This document shows, piece after piece, positions 17,609 through 26,721 of a DNA stretch of 64,000 bases. Each line of letters begins with the position of its first letter. The first letter of the stretch is position 1. Origin of the DNA: a virus; the IMG/VR virus record IMGVR_UViG_3300027754_000039, positions 32,001 to 96,000 of that record; one strand, given 5' to 3'. The position numbers and the translations under genes are program-made. Below the pieces are notes generated by a model. That model saw only the letters and a program-made list of their open reading frames with translations, was not told the DNA's origin and made no database searches.

Positions 17609-18349
17609 TTAATTATTTTTTAATATAGACAATTCTTTGTAAAATACCAAATCTTTTTTAATTAAATTTTCAATTGAAATAAAATCAAATCCAGCATCTT
17701 TAAAAGTCTTTCCTATATATTGTCGAATATGTTGATAATATAAAGTATCATTTATCATTGCCTGAAAATGTGCTTTTCTTATTACCTTATGATTATGTTT
17801 ACATTTAGTTACTAAACTAGTATAGTCTATACCTATATAGTCGCCCATTATGTCAGAAGCAGAAAAATTACCAAATGGGGTTAAATATATTCCTTTACAT
17901 GCTATTCCAACATGATAGTTACTCCTAGCAAAATCAATTTGACTTAAAATTTCGCATTGGTTAGTATATAAATTTTTACATGCTATCATATTTTTATATG
18001 AAGACTTATCAGATTTTTTTCTTTTCTTTAATTTATCAATTAATTGAAGCCTATCAGATCCTACTATCCCTGCAAAGGTATTGCCCCCTTCCCCGCCTTC
18101 GGCTATATTATAAAACTCAGCCGAGTTTACTGCGTCGTATAATTTAATATATCGTTTTTCTGCTGAGCGAACTTCATCTTTACTATTAAAGTATTCAAGT
18201 ACTACTCTTGTGAAATTTTCACATCCATGTTTTTTAATAGCTCGCCGTAAAAGTTTACCTGAACCTAAATACTTATCCGTGTCTTTACCTTCATACTTAC
18301 CAATATACTTTTTATTATTAATAAGACAGGTTGTTATATATACAAACAT
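17609..18349 (-). CDS. free-standing GIY-YIG (Seg-like) homing endonuclease
   Basis: FVYITTCLINNKKYIGK..YLGSG.LL..AIKKHG.ENF, FYNIAEGG. Confidence 0.9.
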   Translation of the reverse strand: MFVYITTCLINNKKYIGKYEGKDTDKYLGSGKLLRRAIKKHGCENFTRVVLEYFNSKDEVRSAEKRYIKLYDAVNSAEFYNIAEGGEGGNTFAGIVGSDRLQLIDKLKKRKKSDKSSYKNMIACKNLYTNQCEILSQIDFARSNYHVGIACKGIYLTPFGNFSASDIMGDYIGIDYTSLVTKCKHNHKVIRKAHFQAMINDTLYYQHIRQYIGKTFKDAGFDFISIENLIKKDLVFYKELSILKNN

Positions 18350-18408
18350 CTTTTAAAATAAATATATAAAACCTCCATAATCTATTAAATATAATAAATT
18401 CTTTTCAA

Positions 18409-18669
18409 TTAAACAAGAATATTTAACTTACGAAGAGAATTAATTGCAATCTTTTCTCCTAGAGAAAGAAAGTCTTCTTGCTTGGTTGTTGAAAGAGCAA
18501 TCTCAATCATATTATTAACCAGTGTCTTTTTATCGTCTGAAGCTGTTAATAAGAATGTGCTTAGCACATCTATGTTAAGATAATTCTCTGTAACTACAAC
18601 GGGTTCCGGAGTTACTTGATCGACGAATGAGCCTAAATTGCCATTTCTCGATTTATTTTCTTTTGCCAT
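18409..18669 (-). CDS. hypothetical protein
   Basis: ORF preceded by a promoter motif. Confidence 0.6.
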   Translation of the reverse strand: MAKENKSRNGNLGSFVDQVTPEPVVVTENYLNIDVLSTFLLTASDDKKTLVNNMIEIALSTTKQEDFLSLGEKIAINSLRKLNILV

Positions 18670-18681
18670 AACTAATTTTTA

Positions 18682-18714
18682 ATAATATATAAAATTTATT
18701 TTACGAAACCAAAT
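18682..18714 (-). promoter_or_regulatory. Bacteroidota-type promoter
   Basis: Minus strand ATTTG-N20-TATATTAT. Confidence 0.55.
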
Positions 18715-18961
18715 CAATTTTGCTTCTGTGAAACTCAATAATACATTGTTTATGATTTGCTCCATCCATTGTATATATTGGGCTTTTACTTATACGCTTT
18801 CCATTTCTAGATGCTGTCCAAATAAATGTCTGATCAGGCATACGATATCCTGTGCATTCAGCTATATGGTAATATTCTTTATTGATTTCGAATACCCAAG
18901 CTTTCAGTCTGGTCGTAGTTGGTACTGGTTTGATAGTTGTTAATACTTCTGTTATATCCAT
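18701..18961 (-). CDS. hypothetical protein
   Basis: ORF preceded by a promoter motif. Confidence 0.6.
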   Translation of the reverse strand: MDITEVLTTIKPVPTTTRLKAWVFEINKEYYHIAECTGYRMPDQTFIWTASRNGKRISKSPIYTMDGANHKQCIIEFHRSKIDLVS

Positions 18962-18977
18962 TGGTTTTAATTTATAT

Positions 18978-19010
18978 TTAATATAAGGTATTCTTTTAAT
19001 CGAAACAAAT
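18978..19010 (-). promoter_or_regulatory. Bacteroidota-type promoter
   Basis: Minus strand ATTTG-N20-TATATTAA, just downstream of a terminator. Confidence 0.65.
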
Positions 19011-19028
19011 AAACTTTGTTTAAACAGT

Positions 19029-19055
19029 AGAAAACCAACAATGATGTTGGCTTCT
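19029..19055 (-). terminator. intrinsic terminator
   Basis: Minus strand AGAAGCCAACA-TCAT-TGTTGGTTTTCT. Confidence 0.65.
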
Positions 19056-19067
19056 TTTCATTTATTT

Positions 19068-19493
19068 TTAAAAATCCATATCCATATTATCTGCTTCAAT
19101 CTTCTTTACTTTCTTTTTAGCTTCTTCCATGCTATTTGGAGAAATTGCAAAAGATCCTTCTTCAGTCATGTCACCAAAAACTTTTCCTGCAGCAAGAGCT
19201 TTAGTTATTTGTTTCCAAAATTCATCAAAGAATTCGGCTTCAAAATAGAATTTTTTGTTTTTACTAGCCGTAGCAAGCATTTTGTCAAAAGCAGCATCTT
19301 CGCCGGCATCGTAAAGCTTTTTCAAGCTCATTAGTGTTTTTCCTGTTATAGCTACTTCTGCTTTAAGTGTTCCACTCTGGTGTGGGTAATATTCAAACCA
19401 ATAGTATTTTTTAGCTGGATCTAATGTATTTGCTTCTTTTAAAACTTTACGAATTTCTTCGCGAATTAATTGTTTAAATTCTTGTTTGTTCAT
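19068..19493 (-). CDS. hypothetical protein, putative head-internal protein
   Basis: Leader MNKQEFKQLIREEIRKVLKE-A shared with other virion-region ORFs. Confidence 0.65.
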   Translation of the reverse strand: MNKQEFKQLIREEIRKVLKEANTLDPAKKYYWFEYYPHQSGTLKAEVAITGKTLMSLKKLYDAGEDAAFDKMLATASKNKKFYFEAEFFDEFWKQITKALAAGKVFGDMTEEGSFAISPNSMEEAKKKVKKIEADNMDMDF

Positions 19494-19517
19494 TTTTGTT
19501 TCCTTAATTATTTTAAA

Positions 19518-19826
19518 TTATTTAATAATCCAAGTAATTATACCGTCTTCATCTTGCGCAACGATTCCAGATACTTGCCAATTTAATTTATTACTCTTTA
19601 AAAACTTGTTAGCCATTGTTATAAATCTCTTTCTAGAAGATGAGTTAACGTCTCCCTCATCAGAAAATAATTCAAACCACATTTGCTGAATATCATCATC
19701 TCCTAAATATCCTTTATCCGATAACTCGTCATCGCTTAATTTTTGACCTGATTTAGGAGTTGCTCCTTCGCTAATTACTTTTCTAACCTCTTCGCGTATT
19801 AGTTTTCTGAATTCTGATATTTTCAT
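19518..19826 (-). CDS. hypothetical protein, putative head-internal protein
   Basis: Leader MKISEFRKLIREEVRKVISE-G. Confidence 0.65.
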   Translation of the reverse strand: MKISEFRKLIREEVRKVISEGATPKSGQKLSDDELSDKGYLGDDDIQQMWFELFSDEGDVNSSSRKRFITMANKFLKSNKLNWQVSGIVAQDEDGIITWIIK

Positions 19827-19854
19827 TTTATTGTGTTGGTTTAAAATTATATTA

Positions 19855-19862
19855 ATAAATAT
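19855..19862 (-). promoter_or_regulatory. candidate late promoter motif ATATTTAT
   Basis: Recurs shortly upstream of many virion gene starts. Confidence 0.5.
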
Positions 19863-21298
19863 TAGCTAGCTGCTAATTGAGCGTTAATAAAAGTAGATTT
19901 AGTTCCAGCGTATCGTTTATGTTCAATCTTTCCTTGAGATTGAGATATACCATAAATGATAAATTCTTTAGCTAATCCAATTGCTGGCTGAGGTTCTCCT
20001 TCAAGATAATATACAAATCCTTTAATATGTGAAAAATAATCTCTTTTTCGATCGATAAAATCTTGAACAATTTCTTCAGGATTTTTTACAAACGTATGTT
20101 TTACAATTAAAAGCATTGCGTGTAAAAAAGTTTTAAAGTCTTTTTCTACAGGAGCAGTTACTTTAATTCTAGCTTCCTTACCTTTTGAACCAGCATCTTG
20201 AATTTCCGCTGCATCCTTTGCACTAATATAATATTGTACATCCGAATCTGCTCCTGCTGTTTGAAGTACTAATTTAGCATTATTAACTAACTCTTTTTGA
20301 CTTATAATAGTTCCACGTAAATCTTTTAATTTTTTAAATCCGTCATAATGTAAATCAATAACTCCGGTTGGATATTCTGCGGCTGCTATCATTCTATCAA
20401 AAAAGTTTTCTTTAGTAATTGTAGAAGTATTATCTTCAGCAGCTGCTTTTTTATCTTTTGCAGATACTCCATATCCATCTCCACGAAAATTTGTAGTTAA
20501 TATAGAATACATTGAATTTGCAGTATCTGCATTTCCAAATACTTTAGTTAAATTAGCTTTTAATTCTGAATCTTTAGAAGAATCGTTTAATTCAATAGCA
20601 TTTAACAATTCATAAAATTTACGAAGCTCATTAATATATTTAAATCGTCCGGCAAATCCTGACTGTGCCATTCTAATACCCGTTGGATCTTCTTTAACTT
20701 CCCAAACTCCGTCTGGTAGTTTTAAATCTTTTTCTGCCGTACCTCCTGACTTAGCTCCTTTAATAGCCATTACTGCCATCATTTCCCCTCGGCCCATTCC
20801 TTTAGGAGCTATGTCAAAAAACTCTTTCCAAAGATCCCAATCTGATTTGATAAAAGATTTTAAAGTGCTTTTTTGAAATGAGTCTATCCAAGATTTTTGT
20901 TTTTTCGGAAATTTTGAAAATATATCAAAAATAAACTTTTTAGCTTGATCAGGAACATCTGGCTCAATACCTTTAACTTCTCCATTAACCAATGCTTTAA
21001 ATTTATCTAAATTTGTAGCTTCTGTTAATAATCGTTTAAAAGGAGCTTTAACGCCCATTTCATCTAGAATTTCTTGCAGTCTAATCATATCTGATTTATT
21101 GCTCATATCCGGATATCCTTTATCACAACGATAGCTCCATTCAGTTACAATAGCATCAAAATCTAGTTTTGGCTCTTTTGAAGTTGAAGTTGTTTTAGTT
21201 TCGATAATAATTTCTTTAGGTGTGTCATTAACTGACTCGTTATTTGACTTTGCAAATAAAGCGTCTAAGTCAATTGATCTAGAAGTATCTTTCTTCAT
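19862..21298 (-). CDS. hypothetical protein with putative PD-(D/E)xK nuclease-like domain
   Basis: GRGEM...GGTAEKDLKLPDGVWEVK pattern; N-terminal EWSYR..GYPD motif. Confidence 0.55.
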   Translation of the reverse strand: MKKDTSRSIDLDALFAKSNNESVNDTPKEIIIETKTTSTSKEPKLDFDAIVTEWSYRCDKGYPDMSNKSDMIRLQEILDEMGVKAPFKRLLTEATNLDKFKALVNGEVKGIEPDVPDQAKKFIFDIFSKFPKKQKSWIDSFQKSTLKSFIKSDWDLWKEFFDIAPKGMGRGEMMAVMAIKGAKSGGTAEKDLKLPDGVWEVKEDPTGIRMAQSGFAGRFKYINELRKFYELLNAIELNDSSKDSELKANLTKVFGNADTANSMYSILTTNFRGDGYGVSAKDKKAAAEDNTSTITKENFFDRMIAAAEYPTGVIDLHYDGFKKLKDLRGTIISQKELVNNAKLVLQTAGADSDVQYYISAKDAAEIQDAGSKGKEARIKVTAPVEKDFKTFLHAMLLIVKHTFVKNPEEIVQDFIDRKRDYFSHIKGFVYYLEGEPQPAIGLAKEFIIYGISQSQGKIEHKRYAGTKSTFINAQLAAS

Positions 21299-21821
21299 AA
21301 TGTAATAAATCTAATTTAGATGATACGTCAATTAATTGTGCAGCGTTTAGCAAATCAGAATATTCAGCTATTGCTTGATTTTGAATTTTTCTAAACTTTT
21401 TCAAAAAGTCAAAGGTAGGTAAATGTTCTGAAAATATATCTGCTGATATTTTATTATAGTCTTCTCCTAACTTAAACTCAATGGCATATGATTTATTTAC
21501 AATATCAATTAAACTGTCAAATTCTCCATTGAATTTAACTGAAGGAAGAATTGGCATTGCATTCCAATCTATCATATATTTTTGAAGCATTACAGAGTGT
21601 TCCAATTCAGATACAGACTCAGCTTCGAAGAAAGCTGCTGCTTTTTTATAATTTACATTGATACACCAATTAGCTGCACTTCTGTAAAAATAGTGCGCTG
21701 CATATTCATCAGCCAACCTATCATTAAATGCAGATATAATAGTCTCAGGAAGTGTTTTAGGTTTTAAAACTGATGACTGAGAAGCTACTACATTTTGCAC
21801 TGTTGTGTTTGGATATTCCAT
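21279..21821 (-). CDS. ftn: ferritin-like protein
   Basis: DEYAAHYFY, FF..ES.SELEH, AIEF, FL..F...Q ferroxidase-type pattern. Confidence 0.85.
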   Translation of the reverse strand: MEYPNTTVQNVVASQSSVLKPKTLPETIISAFNDRLADEYAAHYFYRSAANWCINVNYKKAAAFFEAESVSELEHSVMLQKYMIDWNAMPILPSVKFNGEFDSLIDIVNKSYAIEFKLGEDYNKISADIFSEHLPTFDFLKKFRKIQNQAIAEYSDLLNAAQLIDVSSKLDLLHYEERYF

Positions 21822-21838
21822 ATTATTATTACTTTAAA

Positions 21839-21846
21839 ATAAATAT
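21839..21846 (-). promoter_or_regulatory. candidate late promoter motif ATATTTAT (ferritin)
   Basis: About 18 nt upstream of the ferritin ATG. Confidence 0.45.
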
Positions 21847-21855
21847 CGAAAAGTA

Positions 21856-22356
21856 TTAATTTCCGGTTGATCCATAGCCACCTTCTCCTCTTTCTGTTGA
21901 AGAAAGCTCTTCAACTTCTTCTAATTCAATTTGTGGGTATGGTATAATTAACAACTGTCCTATACGATCTCCTGGTTGATAGCAATTGCCATTGATTTTT
22001 GTTGGTCTGAATTTGAACATCAACTCTCCACGATATCCAGAGTCAATTACTCCTACATGATTTGTTAAATATAAATCTGTTTTAGCATTGCTAGATCTAG
22101 GAAATATCAATCCTACATACCCTTCAGGTATTTCTATTGCCAATCCAACGCCATACACGACATTTCCGTGTTCATCAAATGTTCTTGACGTAGCTGTTAA
22201 ATCCATTCCAGCATCTCCGAGTTTTGCGTAAGATGGTATTACTGCATCTGCATGCAGCTTTTTAATTTTAACTTTCATAGGTGTGTTTTTATTTTTGGAT
22301 TGAGCCTGTATGTGTTGTACATACAGACTATAAATCCAATCTTCTTTTCTATTCAT
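21856..22356 (-). CDS. dut: trimeric dUTPase (true start may be 22278, MKVKIKK)
   Basis: AGMDL, PRSS, GVIDSGYRGE, RIGQL, RGEGGYGSTG. Confidence 0.95.
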   Translation of the reverse strand: MNRKEDWIYSLYVQHIQAQSKNKNTPMKVKIKKLHADAVIPSYAKLGDAGMDLTATSRTFDEHGNVVYGVGLAIEIPEGYVGLIFPRSSNAKTDLYLTNHVGVIDSGYRGELMFKFRPTKINGNCYQPGDRIGQLLIIPYPQIELEEVEELSSTERGEGGYGSTGN

Positions 22357-22357
22357 T

Positions 22358-24214
22358 TTATTTTATCTCACATCCGTTTGATCCACAGGCTATCTCGCCT
22401 TTTAAATTTGTATCATCTGTTATTTCAATTACTCCTGATAAATCAATATTAGATAATGACTTCATCATCTCTTCATATTTTTCTTTAGTGCAATCTTCAA
22501 ATGGAGCTTGCATATATGTATGATCTGAATAAGGTAGAACTGATAAGCCATTATAAAATGCTTTATTCTCCCACATCCATTCTCCTACCATATCCCATTC
22601 GTCAGCTTTAATTGAAACCGTTGCTGAAATGTTATGAGTATTTTGTCCTGTCCTGTGACCTGTCTTAATCCAATTAGTATAAAACCATTTTACACGCTCT
22701 AACAATTCAATAGCCGATTCTGTTCTATAAATTGCTCCATCAGGTGCATTTTGTGGAACTGAAATAACTGCCGTATCGTGAGGACGGAAATATTCATCTT
22801 CAACTAACTCAGGATGATTGATTAGCAAGTAAGTGTAAATTGCTTCATTCTTACCAACTCGAATTCTACGCATATAATAATCATTATGCCAAGCGTGAAT
22901 GCCTGATGATGTACCTAACACCAAAGATGAAGTCCCTGAAGGTTTAATAGTGGTTGATCTTGCTGAAGCGTTAATACCAATTTGCTTGGCTATAATAGCA
23001 TTTGTTTCTTTTACTAAATTAGCTGCTTCTTTTAAATTAAATTTCTGAGCTGCGCCTGAACCTACACCTGTCATACCTACACCAATTAAAGCGTCTTTCT
23101 CTGTTGTGCGTTGCCATATTGGACGTAAATAGTGAAAGTTAGTATATCCTGCTTGAAGTGTTCCAATAAATGAAGCTGCCTTAACTCGCGCATTTAAATC
23201 TTCTTGAGAAGTAACGTCTGATACATTTACTTCACATAGGTTACAGAATTGAAATGGACGAAGTGCAATTTCACAACATGGATTAGTTCCCCAGTCTTTA
23301 TCATTTGATAAATAAATTCCTGGCTCTCCTGCTCCTGAAGCTTCTATCTTTTTCCATAAAGAAAAGAAAAACTCTTTGGTTACTTTATTTCTTAATAACA
23401 CAGCTGAGTTATTTGCTCTGCCTCTTTGCGGATTGAGTTCCCACCATGGACCTGACTTGCAAGAAATCATTTCTTCATCGTCTGCACTGAATAAAGATAT
23501 CAAAGCTGCTCTACGAATACCACCTGCTAATACTGCATCTGCAATATGACAAACGATATCATGCACTTCAATGCAAGTTAATTTATCATTGTCTTTTTTA
23601 GTGTCTAGTATACCTTGAATTTTAATTAAACATTCTTTTAAAGGTTGAGGCCCTGGAGCTTTACCTCCTGACGTAACTAACATAGCTCCTTTTTGACGAA
23701 TGTCTGAAAAGTCAAAATTCAATGTCGAACCTCCTTCAAAGTAAGACTTCATTAACATTTTAACTGCATCTGCCCATCCTTCAATAGAATCGCCAATTAA
23801 ATATCTTCTATTTCTTTTAGCATCTGGTTTTCTAATTTCAGGTAAAGATTCTACATGATGCTTTTGTACTGAGTACCCTACGCCAGTACCTCCTAGTAAT
23901 AAAAACATTACTTCACCAAAAGCTCTCCAATCGTCGATAGGTAAATAAGCACAATTATAAATTCTGTTAGGAGATATTTCAATTGGCTTACCACCAAATT
24001 GTAAACTACGCATTGACGGTAAAATCTTTTTATCGTAAACGAATTTATACGTCTCTTCAATCTCTGCTTCTAACTGTGGATACTTTTTAATGTGCATTTC
24101 TTTATTTCGAGTTACTAGCTCTTCCCATGTTTCCCTTCGTTGTTTATTTGCTAAATAACGTGCATACTTCATGTAGACTGTTACGTTTGATAAAATTTCG
24201 TTTGATAATTCCAT
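22358..24214 (-). CDS. nrdJ: class II (adenosylcobalamin-dependent) ribonucleotide reductase
   Basis: PSMRSLQFGG, YNCAY, GGIRRAALI, GTNPCCEI, FCNLCEVN, TTIKPSGT; no beta subunit in the window. Confidence 0.9.
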   Translation of the reverse strand: MELSNEILSNVTVYMKYARYLANKQRRETWEELVTRNKEMHIKKYPQLEAEIEETYKFVYDKKILPSMRSLQFGGKPIEISPNRIYNCAYLPIDDWRAFGEVMFLLLGGTGVGYSVQKHHVESLPEIRKPDAKRNRRYLIGDSIEGWADAVKMLMKSYFEGGSTLNFDFSDIRQKGAMLVTSGGKAPGPQPLKECLIKIQGILDTKKDNDKLTCIEVHDIVCHIADAVLAGGIRRAALISLFSADDEEMISCKSGPWWELNPQRGRANNSAVLLRNKVTKEFFFSLWKKIEASGAGEPGIYLSNDKDWGTNPCCEIALRPFQFCNLCEVNVSDVTSQEDLNARVKAASFIGTLQAGYTNFHYLRPIWQRTTEKDALIGVGMTGVGSGAAQKFNLKEAANLVKETNAIIAKQIGINASARSTTIKPSGTSSLVLGTSSGIHAWHNDYYMRRIRVGKNEAIYTYLLINHPELVEDEYFRPHDTAVISVPQNAPDGAIYRTESAIELLERVKWFYTNWIKTGHRTGQNTHNISATVSIKADEWDMVGEWMWENKAFYNGLSVLPYSDHTYMQAPFEDCTKEKYEEMMKSLSNIDLSGVIEITDDTNLKGEIACGSNGCEIK

Positions 24215-24264
24215 ATTGATTTTTAATTAAGTTTGAGTTCCCTGGCTGGGCTTATAACTATTAG

Positions 24265-25626
24265 TTAGCCCAAAGAATCTCCGGAGATTTCTTTATATTT
24301 TTGTGATAAACTTTTACGCAATAACGACTCGCCGTTCTCCATGTCTTTCTTAGTGTCTTTGCCTTGTGCAGAAGTCTCTTCGTATATATGAATCTGCCCA
24401 TTAGACATATTCATTTTTGAAGGAAGTGTAATACCATCAGGACCGAAACGATTCTTAATGATATGCCATCTGCCTGTACCTGCTATTTTATCAGTTACCT
24501 TTCTTGATAAAGATAATACAAAATCAGCAATCATTACTTTTGCATAGGACTCTGAAATTTTACCTGCTTCGATAATGTCATCTTCTAATGCGGACCTATT
24601 TGCTTGCGAAGCTGTGTATAAAGGAACTTCATACTCGCCTGCTATACCACGCAAGTCTTCATATATGGATTCTAATTCATGACGCATTTCTTTTCTAGCT
24701 ACAGCACCTCTTAATAAATCAGCATAATCGACAATTATTAAATCTGGCTTCTTACCTACTAAAATCATTTTTTCAATATGAGCTCTAAGAGTTGAACATG
24801 AAGCTGTCTTAGTTGGATAGTATTTAATAACTAAATGACCTTTAAGTTTATCTACAGTGGATTGAACTTCGTCAATATTATATTTTAAACTTTGATTTGC
24901 AATGCCAGTTAACACAGCATCATATCGCTGACCTACATAACCTGCATTTAATTCCAAAGTATAATGAACAACATTTAATCCTTGTTTAATTGCATGGGCA
25001 CCTACATTGATCAAGCCCCATGACTTACCAATACCTGCGGGAGCTACAAACACAACTAATTCTCCTTTACCAAATCCTCCGTCTGACACGTCATTGATAA
25101 TTGGCCATGGAGTAGGTATAGTCGATCTAATATTATCTTGATATCGCTCTACAACTGATTCATTATACTCATGTCCTATCTCTTTATCAGCTCCTGCTTT
25201 CATCGCTAAGTCAATTGACGCTTTAATTGCGTCATACTCTCCTCTGCGAAGCAATTCAACTGAATCTAATATAGCTCTTTTAATACATTGATTTTTGCAA
25301 AATCCTAAAACTTCTTCCTGCACAAACTCTAAGTCATTTGACTCTAAATATTTATAAGAATCTTTTAAAGACTCTACTATCGATGATTTAACGACCTCTC
25401 TATCAACTTCTTGAACTTTTATTTTAAATACATCTAGTGTCGGCGCTGATTTATATTCGTGAAAATATTTAACAATAGTCTCTACTATCCACTGATTTGC
25501 TTCGGACTCAAAGAACTCAGGTAATAATATATCTGACACTTGTTGCAAAAATGCTTTATTGCTTAATAGCGAAGATATAGTTTTAACCTGAAACCCGTGA
25601 CCGTAATTGCTTAATTTATCTGACAT
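24265..25626 (-). CDS. gp41: replicative DnaB-like helicase (gp41-like)
   Basis: APAGIGKS Walker A, HYTLEL, IIVDYADL, TASQANR, IIKNRFG. Confidence 0.93.
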   Translation of the reverse strand: MSDKLSNYGHGFQVKTISSLLSNKAFLQQVSDILLPEFFESEANQWIVETIVKYFHEYKSAPTLDVFKIKVQEVDREVVKSSIVESLKDSYKYLESNDLEFVQEEVLGFCKNQCIKRAILDSVELLRRGEYDAIKASIDLAMKAGADKEIGHEYNESVVERYQDNIRSTIPTPWPIINDVSDGGFGKGELVVFVAPAGIGKSWGLINVGAHAIKQGLNVVHYTLELNAGYVGQRYDAVLTGIANQSLKYNIDEVQSTVDKLKGHLVIKYYPTKTASCSTLRAHIEKMILVGKKPDLIIVDYADLLRGAVARKEMRHELESIYEDLRGIAGEYEVPLYTASQANRSALEDDIIEAGKISESYAKVMIADFVLSLSRKVTDKIAGTGRWHIIKNRFGPDGITLPSKMNMSNGQIHIYEETSAQGKDTKKDMENGESLLRKSLSQKYKEISGDSLG

Positions 25627-25630
25627 ATGT

Positions 25631-25661
25631 TAAATATAGGTTATTCTTTTCGTATTTCAAA
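25631..25661 (-). promoter_or_regulatory. Bacteroidota-type promoter for the helicase
   Basis: Minus strand TTTG-N19-TATATTTA. Confidence 0.6.
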
Positions 25662-25662
25662 A

Positions 25663-26718
25663 TTATCTTTGACTGAATGCTGCTAGTGTATTAAAACTAC
25701 TTCCTAACCAACTATCTACATTTGGAATAGCAGTGTATGCTTTATCTAACATAAACATCTTTTTAAAATTGAAAGTATCCAATTTAGGTATTGGCTGATT
25801 AGCCATATCCACTATCATCAATTTGAAATTTCCTGAAATGTCTAAATCTTCCAATGACATTAATTGCCAATTAAGACGCATAACAGCTTCATTGTCTACT
25901 ACTGTTTTATATACTTTATGTTCATCTTTCCTAGCTTTACAATAGTCTAATACTTCTTCGAGACTGACTGTTGCGTCTCCTAACAAAAGCGGAAACTTGC
26001 TCTGTAATGTCTTTATACCAATACCGTTTATACCTTTGATATTGTCAGATCCATCTCCCATAAATACTTTATAATGTATAAAGTTATGTGACGGAATGCC
26101 AAATTTTTCTGAAACTTCTTTAGGCGTGAAGTATTTTTTCTGTACAGGTCTCCATACTGATACTTTCTCATCTATTAATTGAATAAAATCTTTATCGTCT
26201 GACATTATAATTACTTCACTATTTTTAGGACGAAAGACGTCTGTAGTTAAATAAGCTATGGTGTCATCAGCTTCAATATTATCAATGGATATGAGCGTCA
26301 TTGGAAGGCACTGTAAATATTCAGACAGTCTACCCATTTGTCTGCGCATTGAAGCAATTTCAGCTTCTACTGTCTGCTCTCCAACATCCTCTCGTCTATT
26401 AAATCTAGTAGACATTGATCTACCTTCTTTATAACCAGAGTGCATTTTCTTTCTTCTAGCAGAACCTCCTTTGCCGTCAAACACAATTATACATCGTGTA
26501 GGTTTGAATTGTCTTACTACTGCAGCTATGGATCGCATAAACCCAACATAACCGCCTATATGCTCTCCATCGTCATTAACGAGTGGGACCGCACTGAAGA
26601 CGCGAATAAACGAATTCAGGCCATCGACAATTAAGACTTTATCGTCTTTGCCTAGGCCTGAACTTTGTTTATCGTGCTCTTCGCGGATTTGTTTAAGTAA
26701 ATCTGCGTAACCTTTCAT
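25663..26718 (-). CDS. 5'-3' exonuclease / RNase H (FEN family)
   Basis: LIVDG.N, VFDG.GG..R, YK.GR, EADD, SDDKD..QL, GD.SDNI.GI.GIG.KT. Confidence 0.93.
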   Translation of the reverse strand: MKGYADLLKQIREEHDKQSSGLGKDDKVLIVDGLNSFIRVFSAVPLVNDDGEHIGGYVGFMRSIAAVVRQFKPTRCIIVFDGKGGSARRKKMHSGYKEGRSMSTRFNRREDVGEQTVEAEIASMRRQMGRLSEYLQCLPMTLISIDNIEADDTIAYLTTDVFRPKNSEVIIMSDDKDFIQLIDEKVSVWRPVQKKYFTPKEVSEKFGIPSHNFIHYKVFMGDGSDNIKGINGIGIKTLQSKFPLLLGDATVSLEEVLDYCKARKDEHKVYKTVVDNEAVMRLNWQLMSLEDLDISGNFKLMIVDMANQPIPKLDTFNFKKMFMLDKAYTAIPNVDSWLGSSFNTLAAFSQR

Positions 26719-26721
26719 TTT

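Noticed and set aside
24276-24289. 14-bp perfect palindrome AATCTCCGGAGATT
   Set aside because: A single copy inside the helicase coding end with no second site; not distinguishable from chance.
24215-24290. GC-rich nrdJ leader with AGCCAGG resembling a B12 box
   Set aside because: Too short and lacks the other cobalamin riboswitch elements; upstream sequence is helicase coding region. Only a simple GGGCT...AGCCC hairpin is supported.
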